A stretch of 64,000 bases of DNA from an uncultured Rivularia sp. Its GTDB lineage: Bacteria > Cyanobacteriota > Cyanobacteriia > Cyanobacteriales > Nostocaceae. Both the position numbers and the translations under genes were made by a program. Below the pieces are notes generated by a model. It was not told the DNA's origin, searched no databases, and saw only the letters and a list, made by a program, of their open reading frames with translations. The stretch spans positions 4,128,001 to 4,192,000 of the forward strand of contig OY762007.1 of assembly GCA_963665115.1 (NCBI GenBank), in the 5' to 3' direction. How positions within the stretch are numbered: position 1 is the stretch's first letter; each line of letters begins with the position of its first letter. This document shows positions 39,746-50,900 of the stretch, one piece after another.

Positions 39746-41077
39746 ATGAATCAAGAACGTTTTGTGAATTGGTCGGGGGAGTACCAATGCATACCTAATT
39801 ACGTACATCACCCTGCAACAGATGAAGAAGTTAAGGATATTGTTTGTCAAGCTATCAAACGGGGAAGCAAAATTCGAGTATTTGGTAGCGCCCATTCTCC
39901 TAGCGATATGGCGATGAGTGATGAGGAATTAGTTTGTCTTGATGGTTTAAATACGATTAAAAATATTGACTATGAAAATCAAACCGTTGTGGTTGAAGCG
40001 GGAGTTACGATTCATGATTTGAGTCAAAGTTTGGCCAAATATGGATTAGCATTACCCAATTTAGGCTCTATTTCGGCTCAAACAATTTCCGGTGCAATGG
40101 CAACTGCAACTCATGGAACGGGTTTGAATTATGGTACAATGCCGACAATTATTGAAGAAATAACTTTGGTAGATGGGAAAGGAGAAATTGTCAAGATTTC
40201 CCAATATGAAAATTCTCAATTATTCAAAGCGGTTCAATGTCATTTAGGAAGTTTGGGATTAATTACAGAATATAAATTAAAAGTCACGGAAAGTTTTGAT
40301 TTAGAAGTAAAAGAGCAACCGCAAACTTTAGAAGCCGTATTTGAGAAGTTACCGGAGTCTTTGAAATCCGACCACTATCGTTTTTGGTATTTACCTCATG
40401 CAGATATGGCTTGGGAGTGGAATGCAACTCGTAAATCACCGGAAAATATTACAGATACAGAAAACAATATTGTACGCCGTTTGGGGAACTGGTATCAACA
40501 AAAGCTTATTGGCTATTATGCTTTTGAATTTTTATTATATTTAGCTGCTTATAATCAAAATTTGATTCCTGCTATCAATCGTTGGTATGCTAAACAAATG
40601 TTTAGTCAACCGAAGCATTCACGGGGTGATAGTTTAAGTCAATTTAATTTTGATTGTCTATTTAAACAGCGGGTAAATGAATGGGCTATTCCCATAGAAT
40701 ATACCGTTCAAGCTATAGAAGAAATTCGCAATTTGATTCAAAATAAAAACTATAAAGCTCATCTTCCCATTGAAGTACGTTTCGTTAAAGGGGATGATAT
40801 ATGGTTAAGTCCTTGTCAAGGAAGAGATAGCTGCTACATCGGCATCATCGGTTATATGCCATACGGAAAATATATTGATTGTCAAGATTATTTTGATGAT
40901 TATGAAAAAATAATGCTTAGTTTTGATGGTCGTCCCCACTGGGCTAAAAGATTTGGCCCAGATGCAGAAAAATTAGCACAAATATATCCCCATTGGAAGG
41001 ATTTTCAAAAAGTACGCCATCAACTCGATCCAGAAAATCGCTTTGGTAATTCCTATAGCGATCGGGTGTTGGGGTAG
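39746..41077 (+). CDS. FAD-linked aldonolactone oxidase (L-gulonolactone oxidase / D-arabinonolactone oxidase family)
   Basis: NWSG start, GSAHSPSD (covalent-FAD His), ATATHGTG, PIEVRFVKGDDIWLSP, GRPHWAK. Confidence 0.88.
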   Translation: MNQERFVNWSGEYQCIPNYVHHPATDEEVKDIVCQAIKRGSKIRVFGSAHSPSDMAMSDEELVCLDGLNTIKNIDYENQTVVVEAGVTIHDLSQSLAKYGLALPNLGSISAQTISGAMATATHGTGLNYGTMPTIIEEITLVDGKGEIVKISQYENSQLFKAVQCHLGSLGLITEYKLKVTESFDLEVKEQPQTLEAVFEKLPESLKSDHYRFWYLPHADMAWEWNATRKSPENITDTENNIVRRLGNWYQQKLIGYYAFEFLLYLAAYNQNLIPAINRWYAKQMFSQPKHSRGDSLSQFNFDCLFKQRVNEWAIPIEYTVQAIEEIRNLIQNKNYKAHLPIEVRFVKGDDIWLSPCQGRDSCYIGIIGYMPYGKYIDCQDYFDDYEKIMLSFDGRPHWAKRFGPDAEKLAQIYPHWKDFQKVRHQLDPENRFGNSYSDRVLG

Positions 41078-41186
41078 AGGGGGTAGAGGGGGTAGAGGGG
41101 GTAGAGGGGGAGAATAAAAATAACTTTGAGATTTACTTAAAATCCAAAATCCAAAATCCAAAATCTAAAATCTAAAATCTAAAATC
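41073..41186. repeat. Tandem 9-mer (GGGTAGAGG x4) and heptamer (AATCCAA/AATCTAA) repeats
   Basis: Seen directly in the intergenic gap. Confidence 0.75.
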
Positions 41187-41188
41187 AA

Positions 41189-42436
41189 ATGACAGATATT
41201 TTAGTTGTCGGAACGGGGGAATATGTTACGGGTTTTGTTCGGGGAGCGGCTGCTGATTCTGATAAAAGCGCTGGTGTAATCGGATTGGTGCTTTTTGATT
41301 TGAGAAGTCGTGGTAAGGTAAATCAAATTGCTTTGTGCGGTCGTGATGGCAAGACTTTTCCGGGTATTCGCGGTCATTTTACTGAGAAAATTGCCAAGCA
41401 ATATGAAGGGATAGATATTAACGTAAATACTTTTCCCGGTGACGATCAATATAATCCTCAAGCTTATCAAACTGCGATCGAGAAAATGAAACCTGGGGAT
41501 GGGGTGATTGTCGTCACACCCGATGATACTCATTTTGAAATGGCGATGACAGCTATTCGTCATGGATTGCACGTTTTGGTTGTAAAGCCTTTGGTGAAAA
41601 CTTTAGAAGAGCATCAGAAATTAATAGAAGTTGGGAAACAGCATAACGTACTGGTGGCAATCGAAATGCATAAAAGATTTGACCCCATGTACTCCGACGC
41701 TCGCGATCGCGTTCGTAGTTTTGGAGATTTTAGCTATATGAATAGCTATATGAGCCAACCTCGGAGTCAGCTGCACACTTTTGGTAAATGGGCTGGAAAA
41801 TCTTCTGATATCAACTACTATCTGAATTCCCATCATATCGATCTATTGGATTGGATGGTCAGCGATTTTGCTAGACCAATTAAAGTAACTGGTTTGGGTG
41901 CTACCGGAGTTGCTAAAAACGAGTTTGACATAAATACCGAAGATACTATTACCACTACAATTCAATGGGAAAATATTCAAAGTGGGAATTTAGGAATTTC
42001 CGTTCATACTGCTTCGTGGATTGCTCCGAAATCTGACGTTCATTCCCAACAACGTTTCTTTTATATGGGACATCAAGGTGAATTACAAATTGACCAAGCT
42101 CATAGGGGTTATTCATCCGCAACAGTTTCCGGAGGATATGCTAGTATCAATCCTTTATTTATGAAATACGAACCTTCCAACGGTAAATTTGCCGGTCAAA
42201 GAGCTTATGGTTATCAAAGCATTGAAAAATTTATTGATGCTGTAGCTGGTATTAAGGAAGGAGCAAAACCAGAAGATTTTGATAACGATATAGCAACCGC
42301 TGGGAAAACATTACAAACAACAGCGATTTTAGAAGCAAGTCGTATTAGCTTGGATAATGATAATTCGTCAGTTGAAATTGAATATAATTCTTCTGAATCG
42401 CTGATTCCAGAAAAATTAAAAAAGGTTAAAGGTTAG
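41189..42436 (+). CDS. Gfo/Idh/MocA oxidoreductase, D-galacturonate-reductase-like
   Basis: VVGTGEYVTG Rossmann start, VTPDDTH, VKPLV, HKRFDP, YYLNSHHID. The subfamily call is from memory of eukaryotic proteins annotated as D-galacturonate reductase. Confidence 0.75.
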   Translation: MTDILVVGTGEYVTGFVRGAAADSDKSAGVIGLVLFDLRSRGKVNQIALCGRDGKTFPGIRGHFTEKIAKQYEGIDINVNTFPGDDQYNPQAYQTAIEKMKPGDGVIVVTPDDTHFEMAMTAIRHGLHVLVVKPLVKTLEEHQKLIEVGKQHNVLVAIEMHKRFDPMYSDARDRVRSFGDFSYMNSYMSQPRSQLHTFGKWAGKSSDINYYLNSHHIDLLDWMVSDFARPIKVTGLGATGVAKNEFDINTEDTITTTIQWENIQSGNLGISVHTASWIAPKSDVHSQQRFFYMGHQGELQIDQAHRGYSSATVSGGYASINPLFMKYEPSNGKFAGQRAYGYQSIEKFIDAVAGIKEGAKPEDFDNDIATAGKTLQTTAILEASRISLDNDNSSVEIEYNSSESLIPEKLKKVKG

Positions 42437-42487
42437 AGGTCAAAGGTTAAAGGTTAAAGGTTAAAGGTTAAAGGTTAGAGGTCAAAG
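42420..42487. repeat. Heptamer tandem repeat (AAAGGTT-type)
   Basis: About 9 tandem copies overlapping the stop codon of the oxidoreductase gene. Confidence 0.75.
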
Positions 42488-42672
42488 TTTTTTAAATCGT
42501 ACTATTTAGTTTTGAATCTCTTTTTCCGTTTGTATCAAAATTATTTTACCTCCTCTTCCTTCTCTTTCCTCTGCGTCCTCTGCGGTTTATAATCTACTTT
42601 ATTTTCATACAAACAAATTAATGTATCTTCCGTCTTGTATAGTAAAAAACCGTATCTTATATAATAAAAACC

Positions 42673-44374
42673 ATGCAAAATAACAATCATATTAGTGAAA
42701 AATATAATAAATATTTAGAATACGAAAATCAAAGATTTAAAGAATTAGCCGAGCAAAATGTAAATAGCTGGGCTGATGTTTGGCAACAGTCAGTAGATAA
42801 ATATCCCGAAAAACCAATTGTTCGTGAAGTGGGTTCGTCAAAACCTTGGACTTATCAAGAACTTGACCGTGCAGCCAATAAAATTGCCACTTGGGCTATT
42901 TCTTTAAATCAAAATAATAAAAATAAAAATAAAAAATATATCGGAGTTCATCAAAGTAACAGTGCTGTTTTATTAGCAACTGTATTGGGATTAGCTAAAG
43001 CGGGAATTACCGCAGTTTTATTTAATGTTAGAGAATCCGAGCAGAAATTATCAACTTTAGCGTCTGATTGTGGAGTTGAAATAAATATAGGTAAACCAAT
43101 TCCATCAGTAAAGAGCTTCGATCCGAATTTAATTCTGTCAGCAGAATGGGAAGGAAGAATTTCCAAAGAGCATCGCGATCGCATTACTATAGAAGATCCA
43201 GTAGTAATTATCTTCACCAGCGGCACCAGCGGACGTAGTAAACCAGCACTTTTTAATCATCGTCGCATGATTGGAGCGGGAATTGCTTGGTCTTTAAGAA
43301 CTGAAATGACACAGGAAAGTAACTGTTATATAACTTTGCCTTTATATCACGGTAACGGTTTAGCAGTAGCTTTTGCTAGTTGTGTAGAAGCGGGAGCTTG
43401 TGCTGTAGTTAGAGAGAAATTTTCGGTACGAGCTTTTCTAGATGATGTGCGTAATTATAATTGCGATTCCGTTGTTTATATAGGAGAACTTTGGCGATAT
43501 TTAGCTAATAGTCCCCAAAAACCGGATGACAAAGATAATCCTTTAAAAGTTATTTTTGGCAATGGTTTGTCATCTGGATTGTGGGAAAATACTATTGAAA
43601 GATTTGGGATTGAAAGAGTTGTAGAACATTTTGGTGCTACAGAAATGCCAGCATCAGCTTTGACAAACTGGACGGGAAAACCTGGTTATTGTGGTTTTAT
43701 TCCTCCAAATCATCCCAATGCTGAAAATGTAGTGTTGGTTGACGAACAAGGAAAACCCGTTGCAATGGGAGAAATTGGACAAGCTTTGTTACGGGTTCCC
43801 GGCGATCGCTATCGAGGTTATCTCGACTCTTCACTTGATGAAAGTAAAATTTGGGAAAATTTATTGGAAACCGGGGGATTTATGGTGGTGTTCTGGAGAC
43901 TTGTTATCTAGAAATGCTGACGGTTTTTTTGCATTTATCGATCGTATGGGAGATACCTTTCGTTGGAAAGGAGAAAATGTTGCTTGTCAGGAAGTAGAAG
44001 AAGCAATTTTGTCAACTGGTTTAGTTAAAGAAGCGGTAGTATATGGAGTTGAGATTCCCAAAGCATCGGGTAAAGTTGGGATGGCATCTCTTTTAACCAT
44101 AGAATCTTTTTTTGAAGGTAATATTGATAATTTTTTAAATCAACTCAAAGAACTTTTACCTCCCTATGCGATTCCCCATATTATTAGATTAGTAGAACAG
44201 CATCATCAAACAACTTCTACAATGAAAATTCTTAAATCCCAATTACAGAAACAGGGATTTCAACAAATTGATAAATATCCGCATTTTATTCTTGTGGAAG
44301 GTAAGTATGTTGTTTTGACAAGAGATTATCTATCAAAGTTGGAGAATGGTAAGTTAAATTTCGGATTTCGCTAG
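42673..44374 (+). CDS. FATP-like (very-)long-chain acyl-CoA synthetase (apparent frameshift near 43870)
   Basis: IFTSGTSGRSK, LPLYHGN, YIGELWRYL, FGATE, then SGDLL...DRMGDTFRWKGENV in the overlapping ORF 43739-44374. Confidence 0.85.
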
Positions 44375-44429
44375 AAAATAGAATCCCTTCCCCTCTCCTT
44401 AATAAGGAGAGGTTTTGAGTATAAATTAC

Positions 44430-44633
44430 GTAGGTTGGGTTAGACGCGCAAAATATTTGATTATTAACGAACAAATTCGATTAGCGTCGTAACCCAACAT
44501 TTCTATTGTTAATTAAATAAGAAATACTTTTTAAAATTTGAATTGAATTATCTTAGATATCGAATGTTGGGTTACGACGCAATATAAGTTATGATGAATA
44601 ATTTAATTTTGTCGTGCGTATAACCCAACCTAC
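44430..44633. repeat. REP/MITE-like element with GTAGGTTGGGTTA termini
   Basis: Terminal inverted repeats 44430-44442/44621-44633. Near-identical copy at 53219-53555 and a partial copy at about 44711-44927. Confidence 0.8.
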
Positions 44634-45168
44634 AACTATTGATTTAACAGAATATCCTTTACCTCCAATCGAACTGATATTTAATCAATTAATTTATATG
44701 GTTAGTAATGCGTAGGTTAGGTTAGACGTACAAAGATATTTAATTATTGGCGTTGCTGAATAAAAATATGAAATTACGTTTTCATATTGAAAGAGACGTA
44801 GTAATATCCCCTGTTTTTACACAAGTTTCATGCTTACTACAAAATGTAGGTAAATATAATTCATAGCTTAATTCAGCAACGCTTAATTATTCACTAGTAA
44901 ATCGCTGGGAGCATCGTAACCCAACATCAGAATTTTGATTAAATAAGTAATATTGAATGTCATTGCTAAAAGTCTCTCAACTTCTATTAAATGTAATATC
45001 TACTGACAGTGGTAGTAACACTGACCTAACTATCGGCGCTGAAACACTGTGTTTTTACGGTTAGATCCAAGCAACTTGTAAAGCTATACTTAATCGGTGA
45101 ATTTACGAAGATTAGCGTACTTAAAAATTTGAGCTTTTAGTAAAAACTATTAATTGTATAAATAAATT

Positions 45169-47062
45169 ATGACATTCGCCAAGTCGAGCTTAAGTATATA
45201 CGATCTGCTTGAAGGTAGTGCTAAAAAAAATCCCGAGAATATAGCTATTGTAACTACTCAAAAGTCTCCTCTCACTTACAGCAGTTTGCTTAATGCTGTA
45301 AACGATGTACGAAGCAAGTTAAACCTAATGGGTATAGGTCGTAATGACCGAGTAGCTGTGGCTTTACCTAACTCCCCAGAGATGGCTGTGACTTTTTTAG
45401 CTATTGCTTCTTGTGCGACTTGTGCCCCTCTCAATCCTAATTATCGTGAATCGGAATACGATTTTTATCTTTCCGATTTAGATGCTAAAGCCTTAGTCTA
45501 TCAGTCGGGAATTGCTGAAGCTGCTGTGGAAGTAGCGAAACAAAAAGGTATTTCCTTAATAGAACTTTCTACAGAAAAAGAAGCCGTATCGGGTATTTTT
45601 CAATTGACGGTTGGGGAAGCGAAGAATCCAATTCAAAGCGGTATTGCTCAATCAGAAGATGTGGCCCTTGGTATTGCATACTTCCGGAACCACCTCTCGT
45701 CCCAAAATGGTTCCACTCACCCATAGTAATCTTTGCACCTCTGCTGAAAATATTTCCTCCACACTTAATTTAGTAGAGAATGACCGTTGTCTGAATGTAA
45801 TGCCTTTATTCCACATTCACGGACTTATAGGAGCTTTACTCTCATCGCTGAATGTTGGAGCAAGTATAGCTTGTACACCAGGATTTTACGCTCCTAATTT
45901 CTTTAAATGGGTCGAGGAATTACATCCTACTTGGTATTCAGCAGTTCCCACCATGCATCAAGCAATTTTGGCGCGGGTAGAGACGAATAGTGAAATTATT
46001 GCTAGTTCTCAAATCCGCTTAATTCGTTCTTCTTCTGCTCCTTTACCACCTCGAATAATGACAGAATTGGAACAAGTTTTTAATGTTCCGGTAATTGAAT
46101 CTTATGGGATGACAGAAGCCTCTCATCAAATGGCTAGTAATCCTCTTCCTCCCTTTATACGTAAACCTGGTTCGGTAGGGATTGCAGCAGGGCCAGAAGT
46201 TGCAATTATGGATGATACGGGTAAATTATTGTCATCTGGAGAAATTGGAGAAGTAGTAATTCGGGGAGTCAATGTTACTCAAGGTTACGAAAATAATCCC
46301 CAAGCAAACAAAACTGCTTTTACTAATGGTTGGTTTCGGACGGGTGATTTGGGTTATTTAGATAAGGATAATTATCTATTCCTCAAGGGTCGAATTAAAG
46401 AAATTATTAACCGTGGTGGGGAAAAGATTTCTCCTCGTGAAGTTGATGAAGTGCTTTTAGATCATCCAAACATTGACCAAGTTGTTACCTTTGCGGCTCC
46501 TCATACTCTTTTGGGTGAAGATGTTGCTGCTGCTGTGGTTTTAAAACAAGGTGCATCATTAACAGAACTAGAAATCAAGGAATTTGCAGCATTAAAACTA
46601 GCTGATTTTAAAATTCCTCGTGTAGTGTTATTCGTAGATGAAATACCGAAAGGTCCTACAGGTAAAAGACAGCGTATAGGTTTAGCCCAAAAATTAGGAT
46701 TAACAGCTTCCGATCCTACTGCAACTACAGAATATGCACCTCCGACAACAGCTATAGAAGAAAAATTAGTTCAAATTTGGTCTAAGGTATTAGGCGTTGA
46801 AAAGGTAGGAATTAACGATAACTTTTTCGGGTTAGGAGGAGATTCTATCTTAGCGGCTCAAATTATCAATAGAGTTCGCGAAGTTTTGCAAGTTGAGTTA
46901 TCTTTTCTAATCTTCTTTGAACAACCTACTGTTGCGAGTATGGCAATCAAAATCACTCAAAATCAGGCTGAAGAAGTAATGTCTGAAGAATTAGATGATG
47001 TATTAAACAACTTAGAATCTCTTTGCGAGTCAGAAGTTGAAAAACTGTTAGGACAGATGTAG
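45169..47062 (+). CDS. Oxalate-CoA-ligase-like (AAE3/Pcs60-type) adenylation domain fused to a carrier protein (apparent frameshift near 45667)
   Basis: PLNPNY, LVLHTSGTTSRPKMVPLTH, MPLFHIHGL, WYSAVPTMH, RSSSAPL, YGMTEASHQMASNPLP; C-terminal FFGLGGDSI phosphopantetheine site. Confidence 0.8.
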
Positions 47063-47099
47063 TTAAATAATACCTATTACAATTAATTGCAACTAGATT

Positions 47100-47933
47100 A
47101 TGGATAATTCCCCAAATTACTTACGAGAAGAATTGAAAGCAAAAGACATCATTCCTTTCATTGGTGTTTATGATGCTTTCTCAGCTTCAATAGCAGCTAA
47201 ATATTACAAAGGTATTTTTATTAGTGGTTTTGGTTTTGCAGCTAGCCACTATGGCTTACCAGATATTGGATTTATTTCTTGGTCTGATATTGTCGCTTTT
47301 GTCCAAAGGGTGAAAAATTTACTTCCCAATCACCACATTATTGTTGATATTGATGATGGCTATGTAGATACAGAAGTTGCTTGTCATGTAGTTTCTTTAT
47401 TGGAATCTATTGGTGCGGCTGGAATAATTATTGAAGACCAAAAACGACCTCGTAGATGCGGTCATGTTGATGGCAAAATATTGATGGAATTAGATGAATT
47501 TATAGATAAATTAAAACAAGTTTTAGCTGCTCGTAAAGATATTTTTGTAGTGGCTCGGACAGATGCAAGCGATACCTCAGAAATTATTAAAAGAGCTAAA
47601 GCTTATGCAGAAGTAGGAGCAGATGCCATATTGGCTGATGGAATTCATGATTTAGATGTAATTAGAACTCTTAAAAATCAAGTTGATAAGCCTTTAGTAT
47701 TTAATCAAATAGCGGGTGGAAAATCTCCTGAATGCAGTTTAACTGATTTGAAAAAAGCAGGTGTATCTCTTGTTAATTACAGTACACCATGCCTATTTGC
47801 AGTTCAAACAGCGATTGAAGACGAGATGAAATTGCTTAGAGAAAATGACGGGTGGTTGCAAAAACAACGTGTGGGTGTACGAGAGTGTAACGCGCATTTA
47901 CATGAGAATCTTGCAAATAAGAAAAATTATTAA
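47100..47933 (+). CDS. Isocitrate lyase/PEP mutase superfamily enzyme (oxaloacetate hydrolase / methylisocitrate lyase-like)
   Basis: SGFG, DIDDGY, IEDQKRPRRCGH loop, VARTDA. Confidence 0.85.
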   Translation: MDNSPNYLREELKAKDIIPFIGVYDAFSASIAAKYYKGIFISGFGFAASHYGLPDIGFISWSDIVAFVQRVKNLLPNHHIIVDIDDGYVDTEVACHVVSLLESIGAAGIIIEDQKRPRRCGHVDGKILMELDEFIDKLKQVLAARKDIFVVARTDASDTSEIIKRAKAYAEVGADAILADGIHDLDVIRTLKNQVDKPLVFNQIAGGKSPECSLTDLKKAGVSLVNYSTPCLFAVQTAIEDEMKLLRENDGWLQKQRVGVRECNAHLHENLANKKNY

Positions 47934-47960
47934 AAACTAATTATATTTTTGTTAATAAAC

Positions 47961-50900
47961 ATGAAAGATATCACCCAACGTATTGCAAATCTCTCACCAG
48001 CAAAACGAGCGCTTCTAGAACAGCAACTTCATAAAAAAGCATTACAAACTAAACAAGAGAACAACATCTCTCCGAGAAAACAATATCAAGACACTCCCTT
48101 ATCGTTTTCTCAGCAAAGAATGTGGTTGCTAGACCAATTAGAACCTGGAAATCCAGCTTATAATCGTCCGGCAAATATTAGTTTGACTGGTACGATCAAT
48201 GTACAAGTATTGGAAAAAATTCTCAACGAAATAATACGTCGTCACGAAGTCTTACGTACTAGCTTTGAGGAAGTAAACGGACAACCTTTTCAGAAAATCA
48301 CTCCGAATATAACTTTAAAGCTACCAATAGTAGACCTCAGTAATTTAAATGATGAAAATAAAGAAATTGAAGTTCAAAAACTAGCGACTGAAGAAGCACA
48401 GCAGACCTTTGATTTAACTCAAGTTCCTTTAATAAAAGCTAAATTGGTACGACTCCACGAGCAGAAACATATACTCTTGCTGACAATGCATCATATTGTC
48501 TTTGATGGTTGGTCTATGGGAGTTCTACTCAAGGAAGTAGGAGAACTTTACCAAGCTTTCTCAACGGGTAAACCATCTCCTCTACCAGAATTACCCATCC
48601 AATATGCTGACTTTGCTGTTTGCCAGAGAGAATGGTTAACAGATAAAGTTCTAGACAAGCAACTAAATTATTGGAAACAGCAACTAGCAGGTGCAAATCC
48701 AGTACTGGAATTACCCACAGACAGTCTACGTCCACCAGTGCAGACTTATAATGGTGCTACTGCTACTCTCATCCTACCTCGAAGCTTGAACTATAGACTC
48801 CAACAGCTTTGTCGTCAGGAAGGGGTGACATTATTCATGACCTTATTGGCTGCATTTGGGACTCTACTCTACCGTTATACCGGGCAAGAAGATATTCTGA
48901 TTGGTTCGCCCGTTGCCGGTCGCAACCGGGGAGAGATTGAACAATTAATCGGATTATTTGTCAACACAGTTGTTTTGCGGACTAGTTTTACCAAACAAGA
49001 TAGTTTTCGTTCTTTGTTAGCTCAAGTTAGAGAAGTTACCTTGGGTGCTTATGACCATCAAGCTATGCCTTTTGAGAAACTGGTAGAAGAATTCCAGCTT
49101 GAGCGAGATACCAGCCGCAACCCTTTATTTCAGGTGTGGTTTAATATGCTCAACTTGAAAGATATCCAACTCGAACTACCGGGGATAAATGTAGAATCTA
49201 TTTCTGCGGGGGAAGCAGCTTCCAAGTTTGATTTAACTTTATATGTGGCAGAGCAAGAAGATGGATTGAAACTAAAATTAGTCTATAATTATGACTTGTT
49301 TGCGACCGAGCGGATGATGGAAATGCTCAATCAATACCACCATTTACTTTTGCAGATAGTTGAAAATCCAGAAGTTAATATTAACGAACTGTCTATAGTA
49401 ACTCAGTCAGCTAAATCATTCTTACCAAATCCTCAAAAGCAACTTTCTAGTAAATGGGAAGGAGATATTCCTAAGTTATTTTCTCAACAAGCTCAAAGGG
49501 TACCACAGCATCTAGCGGTTGTGGATGCCCAAGTTGCTTGGACTTACGACGAACTAGAGAAACGTGTTAACCAACTCGCAAACTATCTACTGGGAAATAA
49601 TATACAACAGCAGGATATTGTTGCTATTTACGCTCAGCGTAGGGTTAGGCTAGTTTGGGCAATTTTGGGAGTTCTCAAAGCTGGTGCTGCATTTGTAATT
49701 CTCGATTCAGCTTATCCCACTTTTCGTTTAATTGATTGTCTGCAACTCGTTAAACCCCGTGGCTGGTTACAAATTGATTCTGAGGAACTTCCCACTGACT
49801 TGCAAGAGTATGTGAATTCTTTATCTTTTGATTGTCAGCTTAATCTTCCCCAAGATTCAACATCGGCAATTTCTGAAAAATTAAAAGATTATCCAACTAA
49901 CACTCCAGAAATAATAATTGAGCCAGATAATTTAGCATATGTTGCGTTTACCTCTGGTTCTACGGGAAAACCAAAAGGGATAAAAGGAACTCACAGACCT
50001 CTATCCCACTTTTTACAATGGCATTATCAAACCTTTGGTTTAAATCAGTCTGACAAATTTAGTATGCTCTGCGGTCTGTCCCATGACCCATTGTTACGGG
50101 ATATCTTCACCCCATTGTCGTTAGGTGCGACTTTATATATCCCCAGACAGGAAGATATTTATTCACCACCAAAATTAACCAATTGGATGGTAGAACAGCA
50201 AATTAGTATTGCTCATTTAACACCAGCAATGGGGCAAATGTTGAGTGCAGATACTAAAACTACTACAAAATACCTTCGTTATCTATTTTTTGGGGGTGAT
50301 GTATTAACAAAAATTGACGTAGAAGGAATTACTAAATTTGCTCCAAACGCTACCCAAGTTAATTTCTACGGTTCTACTGAAACTCCCCAAGCAATGGGCT
50401 ATTTTATTATTCCCCGCGATTGCTTACTATCGAATACCGTACCTTTGGGTAAAGGCATTGACGATGTACAATTATTACTTCTTAATTCTAAGCAGCAGTT
50501 AGCTGGGATTGGAGAGTTAGCAGAAATCTATGTTCGTACCCCTTACTTAACTAAAGGCTATATCAACAGTGAAGAATTGACGGATCAAAGGTTTATTGTT
50601 AATCCCTTCGCAAAAAATCCTGAAGATAAACTTTATAAAACTGGGGATTTAGGACGCTATTTAAGTAATGGTAATATCGAATTTTTTGGTCGTATCGATA
50701 ACCAAGTAAAGATTCGCGGCTTCCGCATCGAATTGGGAGAAATAGAATCTTTACTTAATACCCATCCCCAAATCCAACAAGCTGTAGTTATTGTCCGAGA
50801 AGATATCAGTAACGACAAACGCTTAGTTGCCTATCTAGTTCAAGATGAATCACTTACTACCGAAGAAGTACGTGAATTTGTCAAGCATAAGTTACCAGAA

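Noticed and set aside
47100..47933. PEP mutase / phosphonate biosynthesis
   Set aside because: The loop is EDQKRPRRCGH, not the PEP-mutase EDKxxxxxNS signature, and no phosphonopyruvate decarboxylase is present.
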